The notes: generated from the letters alone by a model not told the origin. Counted from the first letter of the whole stretch, positions 36,160 to 48,965 are shown. The stretch is DNA of 63,361 nucleotides, filler included, from Perkinsus olseni (GCA_013115125.1; 34 parts of 34 records of this genome joined end to end with filler, not necessarily neighbours in it); one strand, 5' to 3'. Translations and numbers: made by a program.

Positions 36160-37360
36160 CTATCCGTGACGGAGAGACTCTCTCCGAGAGAGGATCTTCG
36201 ATACCACGAAACGCTTGGCCCCAAAGAGTGGAGTTGTTTGTGGAAAGGCAGAGTACTTGACCTTCTTGAGCACTAGATCACCGACGGAGAAAGGTAACCT
36301 GTTGTTGTCCTCGTTATTGAAGGCATCCTTCTGCTTAGCTTCGTTAACCGAATTCCATACCAATGAATTACCGAAGATTCTTCGGCTTCTTCGGCGGAGA
36401 AGAGAGAAGCTGGACTGCGATGACTGACCGAATGAGATATAGAGTTGTGAACATGGACTGCCCGCGCCAACCATGATACCACTAGATGATTAACCTGTTG
36501 TGAATGACGCTGTTGATACTGTAGTTGTAGACAAAGAATAGATTGTCGTAGTAGTCGATGAAATCTTTCAACAACTCTATTAGTCTCCGGTTGATTAGGT
36601 ATAGAATACCTTAATCTGACATTTCTTTCAGCGAAATATCGTTGTAGTCGATCAGATTTAAATACTGTAGAATTATCGCAGTAAACTTCTTGTGGTAGAG
36701 CATATAAAGAGAAGTAGAAGGTGAAGACCTTGATAACACTGTTGGTGTACTCGCCCGAAACGAGTTCGAAAGCAAATGCATAGCGTGAAAAACCATCGAT
36801 AATGGTAAGGACCGGTCCGAGAAGAGGATGAGGATGAGTAACGTCAAAGTAGAGACGTTCCATAGGCTTAGTAAGGGACTTCGTGAGGGAACCAGTGTGC
36901 TTGTAGGCCTTGCCAGTGTTGGGCTTTACTTGCAAGCAGATTTCACAAGTAGAGATGTAAGTGCTAATGTCACGATCCATGCCGGGCCAGTAGTAGTGCT
37001 TTGACAATCCTTTCGAATCTTGGGGACACCCGCATGGTTGAACTCCTTATGGATGTCGGCAATTAGTCGACCTCGCACTTTTCTCGCCGGAATGGAGACC
37101 GTCACCAAATGTCCAACATCGAGAGGAATATAGGACCGGTATAAGGCGTTGTTCTGAACAGAGAGCTGCTTGTAACAGCGTCGGTACTGGGCTGTTACAA
37201 GTACTACTGAGGAGAAATGGCGGAAGACAGAGGTCGATGGTCACGGTCCGTGACTCACGGACTGACTGAAAAAGGGCTTGTAGGTCTGGGTCATTCTGGT
37301 AGTTGCAAGTTGAAGTAGACGTAGATTGCGGCGGTGCCGATATAGCACCCAAAAGTTGTA
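36160..37360 (-). pseudogene. LTR retrotransposon integrase, frameshifted
   Basis: IHKEFNHAG (other frame), YYWPGM..CEIC, LYFDV, IIDGFSRY, YCDNST, NRVVERFHR and FSVGDLVL (other frame). Confidence 0.9.
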
Positions 37361-37430
37361 CAGTACCCGCCATCTAAAGACAGGTAAACTTTCAACGGGG
37401 CTCACGCATTCAGTTTTTAGAGTTAGGGAA
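37361..37430 (+). mobile_element. Second copy of the putative Tc1/mariner-like terminus
   Basis: TA|CAGTACCCGCCATCTAAAGACAGGTAAACTTTCAACGGGGCTCACGCATTCAGTTTTTAGAGTTAGGGAA, identical to the reverse complement of 3787-3856. Confidence 0.7.
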
Positions 37431-37530
37431 NNNNNNNNNNNNNNNNNNNNNNNNNNNNNNNNNNNNNNNNNNNNTTAATTAATTAANNNNNNNNNNNNNN
37501 NNNNNNNNNNNNNNNNNNNNNNNNNNNNNN

Positions 37531-39292
37531 GGCGCCACTGTCCTGACTTACTTGATAAGCATATCTTGACTTGCCGAGATAGATAGTTCAGCCATCATCA
37601 TAGCCGGTCTCGGAGTAAGAGCTGTACCAGCGCCGTTGGCGAGCGAGGCCATCATTATCTAGCGAACAGTGCTTGAATAGACGTTGGGAGACAGTCTTCC
37701 GTAGACCAAGTCAATCGTCGACAGCTTTGTACCCGAGGTAATCACGGAACTTGGAAAGGTCAGTGTCGTTAGACTGGAATCGACGAGCACAGATCGCTAG
37801 ACGCCGTTGGAACTCAATATTGTCCAAGATAGGTTCAGAGTCGGTGATGCACCTTGAAGTTCGACGAGCTCAAGTAGAAGCCGAAGTTCCTTGTCGTTGT
37901 CGGATTGATCTGAGATGTTGAGTAGATTAAGACCCTCAGAGTTGACCATGCATGGCGCGACCGGCCTGACTGGATGTAGACGTCGAAGCCTCAGGAGGTG
38001 ATACCGGAAGGTCATTAACCGACATAGAGCTGCCGTGGTAGAAGTCGTTGTCTAGTAAAGAGGCAATCATGTTGAGCGGCGGGCATCCCGCGTCCTCGGT
38101 AGAGGGTGCACTAGTCACAATCTGGCCTTGAACATAGCTCGAATGTCCGCTAGAGAGCTCCTCACCAGGATAGTAGGTTACAGACGAACCTTGTATAGCA
38201 AAAGCGAGGTTCGAACAGTTGAAGGACTTGGCTAGACTGCACCTCGATATAGACGGTTAGAGGTTGACCAGGACATTGAGGGAATAGAACGTTGAGGGGT
38301 ACCTAGTACTCAGAGTAGTGAGTAGCCATAGGCAAATAGGGTGCGTCTTGACCCATAATAGTCCCCGATGTGGAACATCTTGCTCTTTCCTGTGGATACT
38401 CCAGGAAAGGTTACTAGAGTTGAACAGTCCGTCTCGACCAGCGACCCGAATAGATAGATCGCCTAGAGAACGTAGATCAGCACCCCAAGCATTGGCAGAG
38501 GCGTCGGTGCTTCACACCAGTGGCTGATCTACATGTGCATGTCTTGACGAATGAATATTGACATCATTATTGACGAATAATGGAGATCTAGACTCGAATA
38601 TAGCATCAGAGAGAGCCGCCCAGTCTGTAACAGCCTTCACGATGGGGACGGGGATGATGGCTTCCCAGTCGGTAGGAGTGGTTTTGTTGAAATCGCGCCA
38701 TATAGATCCAGCATGCATAACATTCTCGATCAAAAGACCGAGAGGATCATAGAATGGCTAGTATACCACAAGACTGTCTTTTGGTCGCAGGGTCACCATG
38801 GGGAGTAGAACAAGAATATGAGCAGTAGAAGGCATCATCGCTAGCGGTAAAGTCATACCCTAGCAGATGCTGTTGCTTCTCAACTTGGTCACGATCTCGA
38901 ACTATAGTCCAGTTATCGTAGCGCTTGAGGTCCTCGACCGTACAAGTCATGGTCGTCGCAGACATAGGACACTAGATCGTAGTGGTTAGTGGCCTCCAAC
39001 TTGATAGACCCACCAGCGTGGGTGTCATCGGCGAGCTTGATTAGATCAACCTTCTTGGGTATAGGTGGAGCCTTAGACAAGTAGTGGTAGGCGGCGCGGC
39101 GTGTAGAAGGCAAGTTTCCACTTCGTCCCGACGAAAATCACTGATGGCCTTAGTATGTGAAGGGTATGTAGGCGCAAGCCTTGAAAGAGCGTCAATCTCG
39201 AGGGCGATTTACTTCATAGAAGCATCGAGTTGACAAACAGAAGCACTAGAAACGAATGCCATTCGTGGCCATAGAACCACATAGTGTCCAAT
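37531..39292 (-). pseudogene. BEL/Pao-like retrotransposon RT-RNase H relic
   Basis: KLADDT, HLLGYDF, PATKRQSCGILAIL.DPLG (BEL/Pao TKR...DPLG hallmark) and TDASANAWG, with many frameshifts. Confidence 0.75.
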
Positions 39293-39747
39293 NNNNNNNN
39301 NNNNNNNNNNNNNNNNNNNNNNNNNNNNNNNNNNNNTTAATTAATTAANNNNNNNNNNNNNNNNNNNNNNNNNNNNNNNNNNNNNNNNNNNNGTCGTGAA
39401 ATGTTCGTTTATATCCGAGTTACAACACTTTAGTCGACTTGCATATCAAACCCGAACGCACTGTATATCCTCTCACTAAGGTAGAGTGGCCGGAGAGTAT
39501 TTGAAGAAATGCCCCATAGTTCCTGCACGAAACTACCGCACATACACATTCCCTCTGCCTAGAGCTCCGCAATGCCCTTCGCAAACTGTCGGATAAGGTT
39601 GATACCATACGATGTATCACGCAGTCCCTAACTCTCCCAAGTTGTTGCTTTATGATCGCTTGTTGTTCACTACTCGGCTCAACTTCACGTTCCGGAAAAC
39701 CCCAGCTGTCCATTATTCCCTTGAATTTATCGAGCCTGGCACGTCCT

Positions 39748-39950
39748 TTAGCAAGCCCTAGTGGGGACTATAGCGTATCCGTTAGCAAGCCCTAGTGGGG
39801 ACTATAGCGTATCCGTTAGCAAGCCCTAGTGGGGACTATAGCGCGTCCGTTAGCAAGCCCTCGTGGGAGCTATAGAGCGTCCTTTAGCAAGCCCTAGTGG
39901 GGACTACAGAGCGTCCTTTAGAAGTTCTATAGTGGGGCAGCTCTATAGAG
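39748..39950. repeat. 34-bp minisatellite, 5 copies plus 1 degenerate
   Basis: TTAGCAAGCCCTAGTGGGGACTATAGCGTATCCG units start at 39748, 39782, 39816, 39850 and 39884, with no spacers. Confidence 0.93.
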
Positions 39951-40225
39951 CTTCTACACACCCTAACACCGCTTCTACACAGCTTCCGGTCAGCGCATAC
40001 TCATACTCCCCCTGAGTACTGATCCGGCAATCGGTTGATTAGGACCTCAACTCAAGATGAGTACTTCTTTTCATAAATAGTGGTAAAGCAAGTGGACAAG
40101 CCTGCGCATCCACATGAGGGCGCACAACGCAGAGAATCACAGAACGTTATATCGACGATCCAGCATGAGGATTGACTTGGTCATTAACGAGTCGTCGAGT
40201 CTCCCTCGAACGGCCGACTCTGTTC

Positions 40226-41151
40226 CTACTGTCTTTCCGGATCTAAAAAGTATAACAGCCCCTTGCCATCTATCGTCATGAGATCATCGAAGTTGAATTC
40301 AGGCGCGCCAGTAGCAGTCGCATGCGGTATATTTTCCGCCGCACTGCTTTCGGGTACTTCCGAACCAGCTGATAACGAAGAGCTCCACATCACGTCAGGA
40401 TACGATAAGAGTTCGTCCAAGATCGGGTTAGTGTCCCCGTCCACGTCCTCGAGGCCGATCGAAGGCCATCCTGTAGCTGCATCGCCAGACGTTGGTGGAG
40501 GTGATTCTGGGTGAGATGAAACGCCCTCTCCCTCATAACTGGGCAGCAGAAAATACGAAGGGACCTCTTCAGACACGATGGGAAGACTACTGGCAGTACT
40601 AGAAAAACCGACGTTTCCAAGTAGACTATCAGACACCCCCTCCTGCGGCGGCTGTTCTATTTGCAGCGCAGTGGTCGAGGCCAGCTTCGTCCCTTGGCCA
40701 CTATCGGGCTCCATACTGGAAAGCATTTCTTCACCCTGCAGGTCCACTATAGGGGTTCCACTCACATCCTCGGTGTGGCTGATCTTCTGCCGCTTGACGC
40801 GAGAAGCCCTAGACCTCTCCAGACCCATAGATCTTGCAATTACCCCTCCGGAATGCCCACTCACACGCCGAGAATCGTCATCGCTAGAAGGCAAGAGCAC
40901 ATCGAAGGTCGGCAACTTCCTTTCGGGGACTGAGGACTCCGGTGATAGTAGACTGACGACCGGGCCGTCCTGCGTAGGAGTAGTCACAGGAGTCACCTCG
41001 TATGCCGATCCCTCCCCCTTTCTGGGAGAGTTTATTGCCTCAACCTCAATCGGTCGAGCTTCGGACCCGGCACTAGTGGCCGAGACAGGAAGCTTGCTCG
41101 ACGCAGAGCCTTTCTGTCTCAAGCGAATCGTCACTCCGTCCAGCAGCAGAT
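40226..41151 (-). CDS. Disordered Ser/Pro/acidic C-terminal region of an unknown multicopy protein (paralog A), 5'-partial
   Basis: Open to the contig edge and homologous to 45855-46723. Shared RVKRQKI (NLS-like) and terminal PEFNFDDLMTIDGKGL..LDPERQ*. Confidence 0.65.
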
Positions 41152-41466
41152 NNNNNNNNNNNNNNNNNNNNNNNNNNNNNNNNNNNNNNNNNNNNTTAAT
41201 TAATTAANNNNNNNNNNNNNNNNNNNNNNNNNNNNNNNNNNNNNNNNNNNNGGAAGAAACAATCGTTGTGAGAGCATGAATGGATGAAACGGCGTGGAAG
41301 AAAAGAATTGACCGAAAAGATCGTGGATCAACCGGAGGTGGACGGACCGAGCTGGACCAAAGTAACGTGGACGACTTTAGGTGTACGAATCCGCTCATTA
41401 ACGAAAAGATCGTGGACGGAACATACCATGGGCGAAACGTGTCAGTACGAATGGCGGTTCCCCGAG

Positions 41467-42067
41467 TTAAACTGCTGAACCAGAAGGCTGTGCACGGCGG
41501 CGGCGGTTGCACTTAACCAAAGGCGTAGGTAATTTCCCAGTAGGCGTAGGTAACCGCTGCGTATAGTGACTGGGATCACTCTCAACTCTCCCTAAGATCT
41601 TGGAACGAACCGTACAACGAGCACGTTCCTTGACCTTCACAATCCTATCAACTGGTTTAAGTCCATCCGACTGATCAACGACTCTATTGGAACTCTTGCC
41701 ACTACGAGTCAACACCATCGTGACTATTCAACTCAATGCCTAACTCGGTAGACAATACCGTAACTAACCCTTGACTACGATACCGTTCAGACGAAGCGTA
41801 GCCACTAGCGGATGAAATACCTCAAATCACGGTAAATCACCCTGAGCCTGGGCTCAAGTCCAACGTAAGTAAACGACCTTGTTCGTTCACGAACGCCTCA
41901 CCCTAAGGATCCTCACAACCCTTAAGGAGACAGCACGCGTGCACAAATCGGTGACCTCACAACACCGAGGCTAGCACAATAGACAGCACAGACAATATAG
42001 TAAGTACCGTAACAGTATAACGATAAATACTATCATACAAGAGACAGATCAACCGTAATAGTTAACA
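41467..42067 (-). mobile_element. Probable 5' LTR/leader and gag start of an element nested in another gag
   Basis: Abrupt switch at TGTTAACTATTACGG (42067) to non-coding sequence, then ORF MVLTRSGKSS (41718), a typical gag N-terminus. Confidence 0.5.
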
Positions 42068-43009
42068 GGTCTCCGTACACTGCGCTGAACCGCACAAGGC
42101 GCTGACCTCGCTGTCGTCCAAAGGACAGTGCTTCTCGGTCTGAATGGCTCTGACAAGAGACCGAAACTTAGAGAGATGGGCTTCGAAATGGCGGTGACCA
42201 GGCTCAGCAAGTTGGAGAGTACGAAGTGACTGATAGTCGTCGAAGAGACCAGAGCAGGACTTCGTGTACTCACGACACAGATGATGCCAGACCAACTCCA
42301 GATGTCGTTCAAAGTCGTTGTCGCACTTGAACACGGTCGGACTTCCCTGCTCCAAGTCGATGGCACAAAGGAACGTTCCTCTCCACAGTACTGCTGACTC
42401 AGCACAACCTCAGCAGTGCTGAGGTTGTGTAAGACGAAGAAGTACCGGGTAATAGGATCACCGAACTGGTATAGCGGGGCTTGCTTCACACTCTGCGCCC
42501 ACACCATCAATGATCGTGGGGCACCCATACCTTCGTACTCACCTCCCTCGACCTTCTTCGCAGTTTCACAAGCCTTCTGCACCTTGTTGACACGGTCGTG
42601 AAGGCGTTGAGACGGTCGGTCACGACTCATGACTCATGAGTAGGAGCTTGACGATCACCGCTTTCTCCACGGTCGGGACGTGGTGAAGGGTTTGACGGAG
42701 CCGGAGTGGAGGTCGAAGGAGGCAGGGCATTCGCCGCGAGGTGCAGCTGGTCTGAAATCCCTTCGAGCTTCAAGCCAAGATCACCGACAACATCATACAA
42801 CTCCGACCGTAGTTCTTCCAAGGCACAAGCATCAACGGCGTTCTGGGAAGGGGGGTCGTTATCACCAGAAACTTGGGGGGACGGGAGAGTTGGCATCCCG
42901 CCGAGATGCCATCCGATGATCCCGGTAGAATGTGACGAACTAGCAACACTCGCAGCTGAGCCGCTAGACGTGCAACCTAAGATCAGGAGGTACTGAGATG
43001 TGATGCAGA
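42068..43009 (-). pseudogene. Gag-like ORF with a stop and a frameshift
   Basis: YEGMGAPRSLMVWAQSVK and FEAHLSKFRSLVRAI...LDDSEV resemble retrotransposon gag helices. Confidence 0.5.
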
Positions 43010-43248
43010 NNNNNNNNNNNNNNNNNNNNNNNNNNNNNNNNNNNNNNNNNNNNTTAATTAATTAANNNNNNNNNNNNNNNNNNNNNNNNNNNNNNNNNNN
43101 NNNNNNNNNCGCCACATATCTCATTGCATCCATGAATGGGAATTCTAGGCGACCGACCAACTATCCGTACTATCGCAAGGTAAAGACGCATTCGCTGGTC
43201 ACCATCATGAAAGGGAGTGCACTCACTTGTGCACAGAGGCATCGATAC

Positions 43249-43578
43249 CTGGCGGTACTGCATCTCCCGGTTCATCGTTCGGAGGCTTCTCTGCTTCATC
43301 ACCGGGGCCAGCATGGTCCAGATAAAACTCAACCTTCGGCTGCTGCTGCTCAATCGGCGGTTTCTCATCCGGCTGCTCCTCAACCAGCTGCTTCTCATCC
43401 GGCGGTTTGTCATCCGGCTACTCCTCAACCAGCTGCTTCTCATCCGGCGTTTTCTCATCCAGCTGCTCCTTATCGTGCTCAGTAAACATCCAACCACGGT
43501 GGTTGAACCATCATTACAATCCTCGATAGCCACCAGCAAGCAGAACAAGTGCAGTAGGAGGTTAATCACGCAAGTCAT
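43249..43578 (-). pseudogene. Disabled paralog of a small acidic secreted protein with internal 45-bp repeats
   Basis: Signal-like NLLLHLFCLLVAI, a 1-nt frameshift, then FTEHDKEQLD..(PDEKQLVEE)x2 with one TAG..QPKVEFYLD, aligning to the 44439 copy. Confidence 0.6.
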
Positions 43579-44187
43579 CAGGGTCCGGCAAATGAACGAA
43601 ATGCGAGCGATGGACAATTTTGCAGGCGTGCATCACAACGCAGCAGAGCTAGGAAGAAGCTCTCACATTCCACAATCAATTCTGGGAGCACTCCTAGAAA
43701 GCCGTCTTTTTAACACGCTGTTGCTCATCATGTACCGATCGTCTTATGCACGCGTGCATAGCCGAGACTCCAGCACCTCGAATAGAACTTAGAATAGACC
43801 TTCACACCTCCCCGACTTGCGTAACGCAAGTTGCATTGTCCATGCACAACAACCGAGAAACAACACACCTCCGTTAGGATGGTGATATCATATGATATGA
43901 TATTCAATGATGAAGCGCTATGTAGTATCCCTCATATGCCTCCATGCGGAGGAACCGACGACAATAACAGCGTCGAGAAGGACCTTCCAGAATGGTCTTT
44001 TTGATAGTCGTTGCAACTTAGGAATTACTTGGTAACTCAACATCATCCCTCTCACAGAAACCTTTTATCGATACACAGTGTATCGTACACTCAACCTTTA
44101 CCTTGTACTTCTGCCACCCATCAAAGCCGAGCACCTCGGTATGTCGAGAGAGCATTTGCCGAGCATCGCCATGAGCCAAGGGACTGC

Positions 44188-44439
44188 TTACACGTCCAAA
44201 GGGTCCCCAAGGTCACCATACGCAGGGCTGGCCGCTTCGTCGGTAGGTCTCGCAGGATCCAGATAAAAATAGAACTCCTTCGGCTGCATTTCCGCGTCAT
44301 TCTCTACCTCATCCAGCTGCAGCCTATCCAGCTGGTCGTCATCATCCTTGGTAAACCACCCCAGACAACTGGCGGAACCATGCCTTATAGCCATCAGCAA
44401 GCAGTACAACCTCAGTATTAGACTCATGACGCGAATCAT
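44188..44439 (-). CDS. Small acidic putative secreted protein (first exon)
   Basis: MSLILRLYCLLMAIRHGSASC signal peptide, FTKDDDDQLD..QPKEFYFYLD, ending at a GTAAG donor. Tandem paralog at 43249-43578. Confidence 0.6.
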   Translation of the reverse strand: MIRVMSLILRLYCLLMAIRHGSASCLGWFTKDDDDQLDRLQLDEVENDAEMQPKEFYFYLDPARPTDEAASPAYGDLGDPLDV

Positions 44440-45854
44440 CAGATATCGCGAATGAACAGAAAGCGAGCGTTAAAGACTTCTACACGCATGCACACACCGC
44501 AGTAAGGCTTACTGAGTAAGCCCAACATAGAAGCTGATGTGGCATATTATAAAAAGCCCTGAGCGTAATTTGGTCTACAGGCGGTGGTAACAGCCCAGCA
44601 ACTTGACAAGTTTGTCTGTGTGCTGCGACTGCTCTCTTCGATCAGAAAGAGGCGTGGAAGTAAGTTCTCGAACTAATAGTTCACTGCAGCGTGGATTCCA
44701 CGCCGTGGAAGAACCCACCTCGAAGCCAGTCGGGGTTCTCTTCCGGATCCATGGGACAAGATTTTGTCCCATGGACCAGTTTTGTCACAAGAAGGCTGAG
44801 ACCTTCTCAAAAGGTTTGAGGTCATTCCTTAGAGAAAGGAGGCTAGAGACCTACGCTCCTAGGCTCCNNNNNNNNNNNNNNNNNNNNNNNNNNNNNNNNN
44901 NNNNNNNNNNNTTAATTAATTAANNNNNNNNNNNNNNNNNNNNNNNNNNNNNNNNNNNNNNNNNNNNGCTCAGTCATATCATAGGGCGTCTGCCATTACT
45001 GGTGCTCAACAGGGTAGAAGCCTTCTACCTTCTACTAGAAGGTAAGCGATCGCTGAGGAGATAATTCCACCACGTTTCCATGCTCGAGTGCGTTGGGGAA
45101 TAGACGAAAAACTGCGTCCGTGTGTGAGTTTCGAGTCCAACGCCGAAGGCCGGCTTAGGCAGACCAGCACTGATGTATCTTGTTCATGGGCAAGAGGGCA
45201 AGTTCATCGAGTACAGTAAGTAGTGCTCAGGTGGATGATAGGGCAAACCCGAGGCAATTTGCCTCAGGCAAACGTATCATAGGGCGCCTAGACGCTTATC
45301 GGTGCCCAGTCGAGATGCTAGAAGTCCTTCGGCGGGAAGGTTATCGTGGTTACTGCCACCTACGCGGCCGTGTCGGTTCCGGAGTTGAACCGTCGGGCGA
45401 CCGTAGCTGCAGAAGCCGATGAATCGTAGCGTCCGGGGGAGGTTGCATTAGCCTAATGCCATTAGGTGAGAGGCACGCACCATCTGTCTGAATGCTTTAA
45501 ATTCCCGCACGCGACCCTTGCGGAATTCCGCTTGCTAAAATCATTTACCAAGTTGTCCGTGAGAACTTTCTCCTGACGAGTTGGCGAAGTTGTGGTATCG
45601 TGAACGTTACATTCGGCGGCAACAGCTTTTGGTCAACACATACTCATTCTCCCCCTGAGTACCGATCGGACATTCAGTTGGATAGAGCCTCAACTCAGGA
45701 CGAGTACTTCTTCTCATAAATAATGGTAAAGCAAGTGGATAAGGATTCACATGAGGGCGCACAACGCAGAGAATCACAGAACGTTATATCGACAATCCCG
45801 AATGAGAATTGACTTAGGAATGGTCGAGTCTCCTTCGAACGGCCGATTCTGTTC

Positions 45855-46723
45855 CTACTGTCTTTCCGGATCCAATAAGTACATCAACCCCTTGCCATCT
45901 ATCGTCATGAGATCGTCGAAGTTGAATTCAGGCGAGTCAATAGCAGTCGTGCTCGGTGTATTCTCAGTCGCGCTGCTTTGGGGTACCTCCGAGCCAGCTG
46001 ATAACGAAGGACTCCACATCACGTCAGAAGACAATAACTGTTGGTCGAAGCCCGGGTTAGTATTCCCTACCACACCCTCGTGGTCCACCGAAGGCCACCC
46101 TGAAGCTGGGATTTCTGAACGAGGTAAAATGCCCTCAGACGACAACCCCTCTGGTCCGATGGGAAAACTACTGTCACTAAGAAAATCTAGGCTTCCAAGT
46201 AGATCATCGGGCACTCCCTCTTGTGCTCGTTCAACTTGCAGAGCACTGCTCGAGGCTAGGCCAGTTGCTCCCCTATCGGGCTCCATAATGGAGTGTATCT
46301 CTTCACCCTGTGGACCCACTGTAGGAGTTCCAATCATGCCTTCGGTGTGGTTGATCTTCTGCCGCTTGACGCGAGGCCCGTTAGAATTCTTTATACTTTC
46401 AAGTTCTGCACGCAACCCACCCAAATGTCCGCCCTCATGTCGAGAATCGTCGCCGGTTGAAGGCAAAAGCATATCAAAATTAGGCAACTTCCTTTCGGAG
46501 ACTGAGGGCTCCAGTGATGGTAGACTGACGACCGGGCCGTCCTGCGTAGGAGTAGTCACAGGAGTCACCTCGTATGCCGACCCCTCCCCCTTTCTGGGAG
46601 AGTTTATTGCCTCAACCTCAATCGGTCGAGCTTCGGACCCGACACTAGTCGCCGAGACAGGAAGCTTGCTCGACGCAGAGCCTTTCTGTCTCAAGCGAAT
46701 CGTCACTCCGTCCAGCAGCAGAT
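45855..46723 (-). CDS. Paralog B of the 40226-41151 protein, 5'-partial
   Basis: Nearly identical first ~200 nt, diverged middle with frame preserved, conserved C-terminal tail and 3' flank. Confidence 0.65.
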
Positions 46724-48278
46724 NNNNNNNNNNNNNNNNNNNNNNNNNNNNNNNNNNNNNNNNNNNNTTAATTAATTAANNNNNNNNNNNNNNNNNNNNN
46801 NNNNNNNNNNNNNNNNNNNNNNNCTACCATCGAGGTGACTGATGCCCCGACTACTGTCGGCCCGAGTACGTAGATGACTTTTTGGAATGAAGCTTTTGAA
46901 GTGTTTGATATACCGCATTTTGTTATGGCCGGCGGCCCAGCATGATGCTGTGATAGTGCTATATCGTAGTGTGTGATCGCGTTGAATAGTAATCCAACCG
47001 GAAGCTGATTCTCTTCTGTAACGTCGGTCGCCGCATGGCTCCATTCCGTCGCTAACCTAGCGCAACAACGGAGCGCAAGGTGGATAATCCTGCTCGCAAA
47101 GGTTGCTCGGGTCATGAGTATGCGAACCGTTTAGAGTTCCGGCGAGAACTCCGGTGATGTGAAGGCCACACATCAGGACCCTCCAGCAAGGTACATCGAT
47201 GCTAGTCTATGCTGAGCCGTGCTGCCGGCGTTGGACTTGAAACTCACACACGTATCACGTAGTTGTGCAGCCCAGTCTTTTGGTGTATCCATTGTTAATG
47301 TGCATACCTATTTTTCGCACAGGTCCTCTGGTTACAGGGTGAAAGCTTCAAAGCGCTCGCAGCCTTCCTGGGAGCGGTCCATATTCACGCATGGATGTGA
47401 ACATGTCGCATCGCCGATTCTCCACTATTGTTCCAACCACTTCCTCCCGTCTGCACTCGAGGGGTGGCCAGATACAGCCTGTATCTGCTTGAGCCTGAAT
47501 AATACCGGCGGCCATCGATAGTTTCTGGGCCAGATTTAGACAGCTATGAACCGGCGGATGTCTACTCTCATGAGCCGTTCCGTGCTGAATGCCCGACATC
47601 GTGTTTAGAGATATTCACATTTTTCCACCGTGACTACCGCGTATCGCCTGTTCTCGAATCTCACTTCTTATATGCGCAACGATTGTGATAGAACCTAGTG
47701 GCGGAAGATTTGCCGTCATGTTGTCCGAGCGCTTTCCGTCAGGAATCGCTCAGATAACATCAGTATATGAACGACGCTCGCCGCCAGGCACTCATGCCAT
47801 GTTTCACTGACTTGCACGTCCCGCTGAAGACGAATTGACGGCATGAATATGAGCCTTCCGCTTTCCGGAACCAAGACCAGGCACTGTGAGATCGCCGTGT
47901 GGGCAATGCAGCCGGAAAGTTGACAGCATGGTAGTCGATGGATTGCTGCCGACGATCGCTGCCAGACAGAACAAGTGCGGCACTATGATTGGCCACAGGC
48001 TGATGCATCCATGACGTGCGCAGAGCGTTATCATTGCCATGCATCGCAAGTACCGCTGCTAAACACTAGGAGCCTGCAAGGGCCGTACTCTAGCGGCGCG
48101 CTAGCCCGGCATATCTTTCAGGTATCTTATCCGCTGTGCAAGTGTAACTGATAGATATGCGCACGAGTGTGACGCTCGACTGTCCAAGAGTGAGGAATGG
48201 CTCTTCTAGAATCTCGATGCTGACGAATACGACGATATGAGTATCACGACTCCGCAGCTCTATTCACTTCCATCCGGA

Positions 48279-48579
48279 ATGCCGGAGTTGCCGAACCTCG
48301 CCGCCGCCACCATCGTTCTATGTATTGTCGCTTTATGCGGTCTCACTGACGCATCGTCAGCCAGACGCCTATCTGTCTCCCAATTCATCAGTTCAACTCC
48401 AGGCCCAATAGACATCGAGATGTGAGCGTGCCTAACGACCACTCCTCCTGACCGACAGTAGTTTATTCGGGCATCGGTCTCTTCAGGTATTATTCGCGAA
48501 CCAACCCGAGCAAGCCAGTCAAGTGTTTCAATTTCACCATCGAGAACTCTGGCACCGGCAGCGAGATCATTGATTTCGA
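48279..48579 (+). CDS. Orphan putative secreted protein, 2 exons (intron 48422-48486), 3'-partial
   Basis: Signal-like ATIVLCIVALCGLTDASS. Splicing GTGAG..TTCAG restores the frame: IEM-YYSRTNPSKPVKCFNFTIEN. Confidence 0.6.
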
Positions 48580-48837
48580 NNNNNNNNNNNNNNNNNNNNN
48601 NNNNNNNNNNNNNNNNNNNNNNNTTAATTAATTAANNNNNNNNNNNNNNNNNNNNNNNNNNNNNNNNNNNNNNNNNNNNACATCAACAAAATCCAGGGTA
48701 CAATTGTGAGCCCGACTGAGATTCACATCAAGGCCGGTATTCTTATTGACACAACTCTTACTCAGTGTTAAATCAAGCTAATGAGATAAACCACTACTCC
48801 GCAGGTTAAAGATTGAAGTAGCGCCTCTCGAAGATTT

Positions 48838-48965
48838 TTCTGGTTTTCATGTTCATTATTGGTTTTATGTTAGATGTTCATTAATACCTTTATGTTAGAT
48901 GTTCATCAATGGTTTTATGTTACTTTGATGTTCATCATTCCTTTCATGTTACTTATATTTCATTA
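48838..48965. repeat. Degenerate AT-rich ~24-bp tandem repeat
   Basis: Recurring TTTATGTTAGATGTTCAT. Confidence 0.7.

Noticed and set aside
39748..39950. 34-bp repeats as a CRISPR array
   Set aside because: Units are head-to-tail with no unique spacers, there are no cas genes, and the context is eukaryotic.
40578..41207. Long plus-strand ORFs here and at 45751-46779
   Set aside because: Antisense to the better-supported minus-strand paralogs, whose stop position and C-terminal tail are conserved.
43132..43792. Plus-strand HPAA-rich and Leu/Arg-rich ORFs
   Set aside because: Shadow frames of the minus-strand repeat; the minus-strand reading gives the most coherent alignment, with a signal peptide, between the two paralogs.
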